57,403 nt of DNA from Chara braunii (lineage: Eukaryota > Plantae > Charophyceae). The notes beneath the pieces were generated by a model. It was not told where the DNA came from. It worked only from the letters and a program-made list of their open reading frames with translations, and did no database searches. The DNA is taken from NCBI GenBank assembly GCA_003427395.1, contig BFEA01000011.1, forward strand, positions 414,626-472,028. Direction: 5' to 3'. Shown one piece after another: positions 1-10,059 of this stretch; positions within the stretch are counted from its first letter, which is position 1; the number at the start of each line of letters is the position of its first letter. The translations under genes and the position numbers were made by a program.

Positions 1-580
1 CTGTCCCACCCGCTTTCCCATTGTCACCATTTCATCTCTGCCATAACCGCTCCATCGCCACCATCTCCCCTACGAGCTTCGTAGTGCCCTCGATGTGTTT
101 CTGTCCGCCTACGTGCGGACTCATCAGGAGGTGAGATCCGAAGATCCCGTAGCTCTCATACAGCAAAGGCCCTGCTGTCTGTCCTAAATACATTGTTCCC
201 CCCACCCCGTTTCCCTTGGCCCCAGGTTACGCGGCTGCAGCGTTTCAAGATTCATTTTTTTAAACGGGAATCGTATTTCAAGAAATTATGGACTCACCGC
301 CAGATGCAAGCCGCCGACTTTCATTCAGTCTTTCTTTCCGTTTTTTTTTCCGTTTTTTTTTTTGCTCGGGTACCCCCGGTCTTTACGAGCTGGTCCCACA
401 GTGTTTATCCTATAGTAGGACCGCAAACGGTTGTTCCCTCCCTTCATTAAACACTACCTAGCCTACCCCCAGCCTATTTGTGCGTCCCCTCGAAGCCCCT
501 TGCACCACCTTTAGTACCTTCAGTACACACAGCAGACTATAGTCACCGACAACCTTGACCAACTTGGCCAGGGCACCAAG
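1..580 (-). repeat. PLE pseudo-LTR, 3' copy (truncated by the window edge)
   Basis: Near-identical to 5109-5690 (ctgtcccacc...gggcaccaag). Confidence 0.95.
88..131 (-). ncRNA. Minimal type I hammerhead ribozyme (degenerate)
   Basis: Minus strand reads cctc-CTGATGA-gtccgc-acgtag-gcggac-a-GAAAC-acATC-gagg. Stem I is cctc/gagg, stem II is a perfect 6 bp, and the core boxes are present. Confidence 0.8.
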
Positions 581-2206
581 CGAGACCTCCGGGGCGTAGC
601 CCCGGAGGTTTGCTTCCCACACAGCATATGCAATAGATCCGACCACCAATGCTTGACTAGACGTCGATGACCACAGTCTCTTCAAAGTTGCCGCCAAAGC
701 GGTCTTCTTGGTCTTCTTCTCTGTGTAGGAGCAGTAGTCCTACATGGTTTGATACCTCAGTCTCGCTTCCTCTCTCAGTGACTTCAAATTCTTAGTCTCT
801 GGTACATACAGCAGTCTTAGAGGATTCTCCAACACGTACATTGTTCCTCCAAGGAAATGCCACTAATCCTTGGACTCGTCCTTTTTTATCAGATGCAGAT
901 TGTTGTCATAGCTCGACTCCAGCGCCTGGAACAGTCGGTCCCCCTGTTCTTTATCCACCTCGCCTCCCTCGGGTCGTCTTCCCACAATAACGGTAATGTC
1001 ATCAACTATCCTCCACCCCCCAATCAGTCTCCGATCACTGCCCAATCCCGACAGAAAATTGAACTCGGCCATCGCACATGTAATGGTGGCCTGAACTGGG
1101 CTTGTAGATTTTCCCATTGGGATCCCTGCCACCTGTCTCCTGATCTCCTCCCCACACGTGATGTAGGCATGCTTCAGGTCAAAATTCACCATGCCCAACA
1201 TGAGCTTGAAGTTAATTCCCGCATATCCGTCAGTCTTTTTACACGTTTTACTCAAAACGCACATCTTCCCTCTCCTGGAAACCTTCACTTGTTTCCATTC
1301 CCTGTTTGCATACCAAACTAGAAGCTGCCATACTGCCTTCCGCACTGCTGCATGCGGAATCCGAGTAAACATATCTTTAATATCGTAACATCTCCCCTCC
1401 GCCCTTGTACATTGTGCTTCCGTCAATCTCTTCGTAGTTGCCTGCAATCGCGCCGGTAGCTCTTGAATTGAATTCAGGTAGAATGATTGTTTAGCAGGAA
1501 ACATCTTCATCAAATAATGTAGTGCCCTGGCTAATCTTTTTTTAGCTTGCCCAGCGGGATCTCCGGTTGCCGGTGCGATCGGTCTCCATCTCGTCAAATC
1601 TTTATCCTTCGGGATCACATATGCCCGACCTATCCGCCCGTCCTTTTTCCACTCAGCCACCCTCTGCAGGCCTTCCCCCTCGAAATGTCTCCTTGCCTCC
1701 ATCAGCACCTCTTTTTCTCCTGCTTCCACCCGGGCATAGTCCGCATTCCAGGCAAACACCTTCCCGAAGGCGTGTCGATACAGTATCGGGCAGAGCATAG
1801 CCGTATCCCCTTGATTTCGGTCGATTGGGGCCAAAACGAAACCCGAAAAACGCTTCGCCCAGCTTGCCACTGCTGCCTCACTCCATGCTCCATTCTCCCC
1901 TGTCTCATTACTCCCATTCAGAAAGCCACCCATAGGAACAGTCACCTCTTCAGGTCGGCTATTCAGATGATTCGTAGCCACAAGAATAGCCTGCGTGCAG
2001 TACTCATCACATTTCTCCTGCGTATTACACGTCACGTTCTTGGCATTCCTCACAAAATCCGGGATATCCGACAGGTCCGAGACACGGGTCATCACGTGTC
2101 CTCCTATCGTAGGTAGCCCCGATCCTCGACATGTGCACGCCTGTTCCTTCACGTTTGCGTATTGTGAGTGTGGATGATTTCTCCCACCATCCTGCTTCGA
2201 CACCAT
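458..2206 (-). pseudogene. PLE reverse transcriptase (pol C-terminal part)
   Basis: Motifs CTC..GH, PIDRN (DK motif), YVIPKDK, RPI, YDIKDMFTRIPH, QVAGIPMGKSTSP, WRIVDD, HFLG. The frame continues to 458 through two in-frame TAGs (863-865 and 740-742). Confidence 0.9.
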
Positions 2207-3396
2207 GTAACCCGCAATCGACTCTTAATCAAGTTCGTCGCTGCCTGATCCTCCACGCACTTCGTAACCACTCCTTCAGTTGCCACTCTGATCTTCTTCT
2301 TAACAATCCTCCTGTCGTACATTATCTTAACCTGAACCCTCCTTCTTATCCCCACGTTCGTCTTCTTCCGCATGGCCCGATCAATTTTCAACCGCAGGTC
2401 ATTCTTCGTTTTTTTGTCACCTAAAAATCCCGCAGCCCGATATAGCCCCACCAACTGGTTCGTGGATCTTGTTACCGGCTGTGTCGCCAGGGAAGGCTTC
2501 TTCAGAATCTCGCGCAGCTCCTGAACCCGCTTTGAAGTAGTCGTTGGTGTCCTGTTTATCCCAACCAACATAATAGTCGCCCCATGTCGCAAATTTCCTT
2601 TCGCCGCTTTCAGTTTCTTTAAAGTCCCGTGTACGCGAACCTTTGTCATTCCATACATGCTCTTGAGCTTCTTCCATCCATCGGTCCAAATCTTCCCTTT
2701 TTGGAAAATCACCCTTCGATCTGTCTTCTTATCCCTCTTCCATTCTTCTCCAAGCCAGGACAGGAAAGAAGTCCGTGGTGGTTCGTTCTCGCCATTCTTG
2801 AAACTCACTGCGGTCTTCACCTCCGTTTGTGTCGTCTTCAGCTTTTTCCTCTCACGCCTTCCTTTCCTTTTCCTGCACTTCGTCCCTTGTTTGCATCCCT
2901 TCGTATTACATATGTTCAGACTTGGAGAGAAATCCTTGATGGTATGTAACTCGAAAGCCCGATCGTCCATCTCATCGACGTGACGTACCGGTAATATCAT
3001 AAAATTTCCCATCCCCGAGTGCCGCATCCACCGATACAGCTTCGGGGATTGACCGATCGCGTCTGTGTTCGCATTACTCAGGTGCTCTCTCCATCTCTGC
3101 ATCAGCGGTCGTACTGTACTGCCTACGTACGTCTTCTTCGACCAGGGGCTACCGATCACGTATACGCCCGGCCGTGTCAGATCCACCATATCGACCACAC
3201 CTTCCGATCTAGCGACGTACTTCTCCAACCATGGGATTTGTCCACGCAGAGTAAGCATTAGCGTAGTGATGGTAATAACCTTCTCGACTTCATTCATAAG
3301 CTCGTTTCTCCTGCCCTGCCCCCAAAGGGCCGACCGCTTCCTCAAATGGGAGTTCAATGTCTCCCCCAGGGCGCGAGTCGTAGGGGGCGCAGGTAG
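2149..3396 (-). pseudogene. GIY-YIG endonuclease plus basic linker (pol N-terminal part); joins the RT by a frameshift near 2170
   Basis: PGVYVIG...KTYVGST..L.QRWREH...ELHTIKDFSPSLN, followed by a Lys/Arg-rich NLS-like stretch. It overlaps the RT ORF in another frame. Confidence 0.88.
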
Positions 3397-4788
3397 TCAG
3401 CTCGACTCCTGCTCCTTCTTCTTCGCTGCTGACTTCAGAGTGACCCTTGGCGGTGCAGACTTCACCGATGATCTCGTTCCCTGGGTGCTTTCCTTCCGAT
3501 TCGGTCCCCGAACATCTTCGTCGAGCCTTACCGTTGCCTGTTCACTATCATCTTCTGTTCCCTCGTTCTCTTCGAAGCCTTCGTACGCCAGCATGACCTG
3601 CTCCCTTGCCAACACGTCGATGATTTCAGGCTTCTTTGTATATCGGATCCCCTTCTTCTGACAAATCTTCCTCAGTAGAAAAACCTTCTTTGAAGATAGT
3701 ATCTTCTGCGTAGACAAACAATAGTCTATAATTCCTTCCCTGAAACATTTTGCGGCCAAACCTTTATGTCCGTTCTCCATTGGAGTCTTGGGCTCTTCAC
3801 CTTGCTGTTCGTTGTTGTTGTACGGAACTCCAAATCTCAAGCCTCCCGTTCTTGGCGGACTTCGCTCTTCAAAACCAGCGCCTATGTCATTCGCGTTTCG
3901 CAGCGCATCGTCCTCTTTTCTGTAGTTACACCTCGCCCTTTGCCTCGAAGACTCGCCCCTTTCCGTAGTATGATTGCCATTCTTAACCGGTATTTTCTCT
4001 TTCTCTTTCCCCCTCTCTTTCTCTTTCATCCCCTTCGCCTTCTCCTTCGTCTTCTTTGCTTTCTTCTTCTCCTTCAGTCTTTTTATGGCTCTCCGTAGCT
4101 CTTCCTCAGAGTCGGATCTATCACTCTCCGAGGATTCTGTGGTCTCTCCTTCCGACTCCGACGAGGATGAAAACCGAAGGCGCGTCCTCTTTCTTGACGA
4201 CCTCGCTAGTGTATCGGTCTTACTCACGCTCCGCTTCTTAGTTCCGTCGACCCTCGCTCTTGCCTCATCGGCCCTTGCCTTTGCCTCCTCCGCTCTCACC
4301 TTTGCTGCCGCCGCGGCTTCTTCTGCTTTTCTCGTTTGGTTTCGCCATTTCTCCTCCAGTCCGGCCTCCAGTTGTAAGCGCATCTCCTCGGTCCTACACA
4401 TCAGGTCTTGCTCACGCCTTCTCTCGTTTTCTTCTTGTATCCTCCGATGTTCCTCCTCCCTTCTTCGTTCCTCCGCCTCCCGCCTTTCCTGTAGTACTTG
4501 TCTGTAGTACTGTCGCATTCCATCGAGCTCACTATCGTCGCTCTTTCCTCTTTTTGTCCAACAGTCCCTCGAGTAATGGCCCGGCTTTCCACAGGTGTAG
4601 CATATGATCGACTGTCTTCCTCCCAAACCACCTCCGCTCGCGACGTAGCCCACGCCTCCATTTCCATTCTAGTTTCCCCCTTCGTAGCTCCCTCCCCCCT
4701 GGTTTCCCCCATCGCTTCCCCCGGAGTTCCCGTAACCTCCTCCTCCCGGTCCTCCGGGTCCCTGTCCTCCGCCCGGTCCGCCGTACAT
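3397..4788 (-). pseudogene. Gag-like ORF1: Gly-rich N-terminus, CX2CX4HX4C zinc knuckle, coiled coil, Ser/acidic tract, SAP/HeH-like motif
   Basis: ATG at 4788 gives MYGGPGGGQGPGG..., in frame with ORF 3397-4653 through one TAG at 4669-4671 (GGN* versus the earlier GGNQ). Knuckle CYTCGKPGHYSRDC; SAP-like LSSKKVFLLRKICQKKGIRYTKKPEIIDVL. Confidence 0.8.
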
Positions 4789-5108
4789 CCCACTCTTCTA
4801 GAGAAGCCATGTCACTGACTATGTAACTATATGTGGGAAATATCTCCTTACTCGCTAAGCTCTGATTATTGACCTCGCCCCGACTACACACACACTGCGT
4901 CCTGAGACAGTCACTTACCCGTATGTAGACATAGCCACCGTGAAGTTCACGGCACTCCTAATTACAATGCGCCTCCGAGTGAACGTAGACTGCGGCCAAC
5001 ACAGCCCATGCAGCGACACGATTACGGCAGAACCAGATTGATATTACATTCTCTCCACCTGAGAACCCCTCATGTAGTTATACACAAAAGCTCTCACCTC
5101 CTCTTCCC

Positions 5109-5685
5109 CTGTCCCACCCGCTTTCCCATTGTCACCATTTCATCTCTGCCATAACCGCTCCATCGCCACCATCTCCCCTACGAGCTTCGTAGTGCCCTCG
5201 ATGCGTTTCTGTCCGCCTACGTGCGGACTCATCAGGAGGTGAGATCCGAAGATCCCGTAGCTCTCAGACAGCAAAGGCCCTGCTGTCTGTCCTAAATACA
5301 CTGTTCCCCCCACCCCGTTTCCCTTGGCCCCAGGTCACGCGGCTGCAGCGTTTCAAGATTCATTTTTTTAAACGGAAATCGTATTTCAAGAAATTCTGGA
5401 CTCACCGCCAGATGCAAGCCGCCGACTTTCATTCAGTCTTTCCTCCCGTTTTTTTCCCGTTTTTTTTTTTGTTGCTCGGGTACCCCCGGTCTTTACGAGC
5501 TGGTCCCACAGTGCTTATCCTATAGTAGGACCGCAAACGGCTGTTCCCTCCCTTCATTAAACACTACCTAGCCTACCCCCAGCCTATTTGTCCGTCCCCT
5601 CGAAGCCCCTTGCACCACCTTTAGTACCTTCAGTACACACAGCAGACTATAGTCACCCACAGCCTTGACCAACTTGGCCAGGGCA

Positions 5686-5690
<5 letters not shown>
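5109..5690 (-). repeat. PLE pseudo-LTR, 5' copy
   Basis: Direct repeat of 1-580, including the last ~40 codons of the RT ORF. Confidence 0.95.
5196..5239 (-). ncRNA. Minimal type I hammerhead ribozyme
   Basis: Minus strand reads cctc-CTGATGA-gtccgc-acgtag-gcggac-a-GAAAC-gcATC-gagg. Confidence 0.82.

Positions 5691-5757
<67 letters not shown>
5691..5757. repeat. (GA)n microsatellite, probable PLE target
   Basis: Pure GA run directly at the element junction. Confidence 0.95.
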
Positions 5758-5759
<2 letters not shown>

Positions 5760-8055
5760 CCTCCCTGTTGTTTCTTTTTCTTTCTTCTTTTCTTGTTTTT
5801 TGAAGTGGTATCTCGTTTTTTGTTTTTTGGGTTATTTTAATTTCTAAGGAAAAAGAGCTCCTACCGGTCCTTCAAGTCCCCGACCCCCGAAAATCGTGGC
5901 GCGTTAACGACCGCGACTTTTTTTTCTAGCTGGCGAGGTACTGGTGGTTTAAGTTCAATTTTCTTCATCAATAACCGTAGTCACAGCCTGATGCATCGCA
6001 CCTGCACCTGGTTTCACATCATGGTGTCCACAAGGATGAGGAGAGTGCAGCGAATAGCTCATAAGCATTCCTGCTACAGGCTGCGCACCCTTGCCCTCAT
6101 GGCAAATCAATGAGTGTGGCTAAGGGCACTCTCGAGGGGCACACCTCAAATTTCTCGAATTTTTGTTGTTCTAGAGCACTCCCAATTTTTTTGGGCGGTT
6201 GGGGAGTGGTGTGTCGAGGCCAAAGGACTGTGCAGCTCACTCCTCAGACATCGCTTGTGTAGTACGGTAAATGTGGTTCACTCGAGGCTCGTTTCGTTCT
6301 CCTGCCTTTCCAGGGACATTCACCGTATCGCTGTGAACCGAGGTTCCTCTTTCTTTTTTAATTTAATTTAGCGCGAGGGCCTTGAGGCATCATCATCGAC
6401 GAATTGACCTCCCCCTCGATTACGTGATGATGAATGAAGTTTGATTTGAATGTTCCCTCAGGCAATTCAGAGCTTGCATCCGCCGATCACCAGTTAAATG
6501 GGTGCACCAGCCATATGGGCCACTTCGGAGGGGCCTTTGGGCCAGTCTTACGGGTCCACCCCTTGTGCGCTACATTGCATTGGTGTCGCCGGGAGTGCAG
6601 TCAGACTGTCAGTCCCTGTCCTCGTTTTTTGGGAGGGGGAGATCTTTCTGGACAGCGAAAGGCGCGGAAGCAGGAGCTGGTGACAGGCGGGCTGGGTGTG
6701 CGGATGGGGTGTCTGTGATGGCGTCTGATGGAATATGACCAGTCTGATTAGCAACAGACAGATGGCAGGTCTGGCCAGGTCAGTGCAGGCGGGAAACTGA
6801 CACCGCAACTTGACCACTGAAGAGGAAGAGTCCAGTGCAGTTCCCAGGCTACTTCAGCCATGCCAGCAGGCAGCCCACTCTGCTGCGCGTGCCTGCGGCA
6901 TTGGCTCTCTGGTTCTCTGGCCTTCACGGCTCTGGTTCTGACGCGCGCTCTCTTCACGAGACTCTCGTGTCGCTCCGCTGGCGGCTTGTCGGGCTGTACT
7001 GGTAGTGGCGGGATCATCACGTCAGCACGGGAATCACATGGAGTCAGAAATGCAGTCGGGCGGGGATCGCTGGAGAATCAGAAACGCAGCAGCAGTATCG
7101 TAGACCCTCCTCCCTTGCGCTTCCGTCGCCCCAGTCATACGCCCGCAAACGCTCACTGTACTGTAAAGGTGGGGAATGTCGTGCCTGCGGTTTGGCATGT
7201 GGCTTTCGTAGCGGCTTCTTCCTTGTGTGTAGAGTCTCCATGCGCCTCATCCTTCTCTCACTTGCGGCTCGCGCTCGCCCTCTCGCTCACGCATCGTATC
7301 ATCTCCAGCTCAGCCGCGTCGTGCATAGGATAGCAGTGCATCGCAGTGAGTTCTGACAGGCGTGTTTTGTTGTAGCGTGCGAGGAGGGCAGACGAGGCGA
7401 GCACGCGGACGAAGGAGCGGACGAAAGTGTGGATGAGTCTGTTTTGTGCTTGTTTGTGGTCGGCCGTGTGTCCGGTGCGCCTCAATCGCCACATTCATTT
7501 CCCGCAAGAGGAGTGCGTGTTTACTTCCGTGGTGCTTTGTAGGGCGGGAGGTGTTCGTCTCCCCGCGTGCTAATCTGCTGATTTGTCACGGTTACGAGAG
7601 GGAATAGGCCTATGGCAAGGGACAAATGTAGCAAGATTGTACTCGAGCTGCGCTCTGTCATTCGCGAACCATTAGAGAGTGGTCGCAAAAGCGCACCGTT
7701 TGCTTAGAGCCGAGTTCGAGTGGAATTGCGTAGTAGGGTGAGCCACTCACACCTGCGTCGCGGAGCAACGGGTTAAGCGGAAGCGTTGCGGCGAGGACGA
7801 CTTTGGTTAGGGCCGCTGCACAACGCCACCCCCAGCTTTGTCAATAATCGTGTTCGGGGACCAGTGGAGAACGCGAGTGATCGCCGTAGCTGCTAAGAGC
7901 ACGGAGTCCTGGTGGCCATTGTAGGGGCACTGAGCGGAGTTTCTCGCAGGAACAGAGTATTACTCACAGAAACTTAACGAAGCAACTGGGAAGGAATGAG
8001 AACAGGCAAAGCCAGGGTGTGAGGCACGGAGTGTCTCGTCTTGGGGTGCGGTTGT

Positions 8056-8060
<5 letters not shown>

Positions 8061-8093
<33 letters not shown>

Positions 8094-8094
8094 N

Positions 8095-8165
<71 letters not shown>
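8061..8165. repeat. Compound (GT)n(GA)n microsatellite
   Basis: Read directly; contains one N. Confidence 0.95.
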
Positions 8166-8167
<2 letters not shown>

Positions 8168-9029
8168 TCTGCGTAGGGCACAGGACAGGTCTGTCGTGTG
8201 GTGAACGGAGAGTCTGAATGCTGGCGTGGTGGGATTGAAAGACTGAGAGTGCGAGTGAATCTCTAGTGCGTTGCGCTGTTTTTCTCAACCCTCCACCCTG
8301 CTCCCCTCTTTCTCCTCTGTTCCGTACTCCTGTTTCATGCTAGGCTCCTGCGTCAAAGATTCGTGCGATTCAGGATTATCACTCTTTCCTCTCCCTTTAT
8401 TTTTTCGGTTCCTTTTTCTTAAATCTGTTCTTGATCTTTGACAGCAATGGTTCTAATTTCACTGTCCTACGTTGTGAACGTCCTGTGACATGTTCAACGG
8501 GAAAGCATATTTTTCTGATTTCTGCTTTCGTGATAAAGGGCTAGCGAAAAATTCGCTTATCTGCATCTTGCCGTGTCTTCTGCATTGATTTCTTCCGTGC
8601 GGCATTCGTACAGGTGGAGGCAACGTGTCCTCACGTAAGTCGTTTGCGGTACGAAATAATGTACATATATATGTGACGATATATGATTGTCTGTGATTGT
8701 CTGTGAGTCCGATTTGAAGTTACCTCGCTTCCATGATTTAGTCGACTTTATGAATCAATTTCGTCGATCATAGGCTGTCGTTCCGTACTAAGCATTCGCC
8801 GGCCTTAGAGGGAGGGATTGCCGCTATCTCCATTACGCAGTCTTTGTCCATTTTATGGTAGGGTTCCTTCTCTACCTGCCGTGCTACTCATTCTTTAGTG
8901 CAATGTAATTCTTTGGTCGACAACCTTCTAAAGCAGTGTAGCCTATACAAACCGAACGTACTCACGTGCTTGAGTGCTCGTGGTCGTCTTGCCGTGTGTA
9001 TGTGTGTGAGACAGTCACAGAGAGAGACA

Positions 9030-9043
9030 AACACACACACACG

Positions 9044-9098
<55 letters not shown>

Positions 9099-9291
9099 GT
9101 TGAACTGCGGCAAGATGTGGTAATTAAGGGGCTGCGGAGGCGAGTCCCAGGGGGAACGAAGGGTGGGAAGGTAGGGGCAAAAGCTGAGGTGAGATAGATA
9201 GATAGATAGATAGATTTGTCACAGCCCCTCGTTTGTTGTCCTCTTCTCTCTCTCTGCCTACGGTTTACCGGGCAGTTCTATTTGTGACGAT

Positions 9292-9350
<59 letters not shown>
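9030..9350. repeat. Cluster of (CA)n, (GA)n and (GATA)n microsatellites upstream of the CCCH gene
   Basis: Read directly. Confidence 0.9.
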
Positions 9351-9351
<1 letters not shown>

Positions 9352-9992
9352 GTCTACGACGAATGATGGTGGATGGGCATACCGTGGCTGGCGACGAGAA
9401 GGACACAAAGCGAGATAGGGATTTAGGTAGTATTCGATTCGAAACCGAGTAGGATGGGGGGAGAAAAAAGAAAGCGGCGCCTGTTCTGTTGAGGAGGAGA
9501 GCGGTCCAGGAAGACAAGCGATCTGGAGCTCATTGTCGAGCGCGTTCATTTTCTACGAGGAGTTTGTTGTTGAACGGCTGTGGAGACAGGTTAATGTGAG
9601 GAAAGGCGCGAGACGAAGCGGGAGTACGGTTCTTTTCAGAATTCCTCGCTCCTGAACCTTCTTCGCTTCACAATACCCCGGCCGTGCAGCAACGAGGAAT
9701 GGGGGCGCGGGGGACCTTGTCAGCACACGATATGATGGCAATCAGCGGCTGCGTGGTTTGCCACGTCGTGATATTTTAGGTGGATGCGGGAGGGAGGTGA
9801 GTAGGATTCACGGACGGTAAGAAGAATATGTCGTAAGTGAAGAATGAGCGGGGAGAGAGTGGAGGAAGACAGACTGAAAAAGGGCAGAAAAGCGAGGAGG
9901 TGGCGCTTGACTTTCGCTGACGCAAGAGAAGGGCATCAGAGGACGTTAGACGCGAATAGGTACGCACTCTGCGTGCGTGTGTGCGTGCGTGC

Positions 9993-10058
<66 letters not shown>

Positions 10059-10059
10059 T

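Larger units (their letters stand above)
1..5690 (-). mobile_element. Penelope-like retroelement (PLE) with N-terminal GIY-YIG endonuclease (Chlamys/Naiad-type domain order), partial-tandem pseudo-LTR structure; decayed copy; 3' end runs off the window
   Basis: GIY-YIG ORF lies upstream of a PLE-type RT ORF. Direct repeat 1-580 / 5109-5690 includes the 3' end of the RT ORF. Each repeat has a hammerhead motif. The element abuts a (GA)n microsatellite. Confidence 0.88.

Noticed and set aside
1-5690. True LTR retrotransposon or DIRS element (because of the direct repeats and CCHC gag)
   Set aside because: No protease, RNase H, integrase or tyrosine recombinase, and no PBS. The repeat includes the RT ORF end, and the RT, GIY-YIG and hammerhead are PLE-type.
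6114-7507. Several short ORFs, for example 6860-7333
   Set aside because: No recognisable domain or coherent exon structure.
9844-10059. 72-aa N-terminal extension of the CCCH protein
   Set aside because: It translates through a (GT)n(GA)n microsatellite and is more likely 5' UTR.
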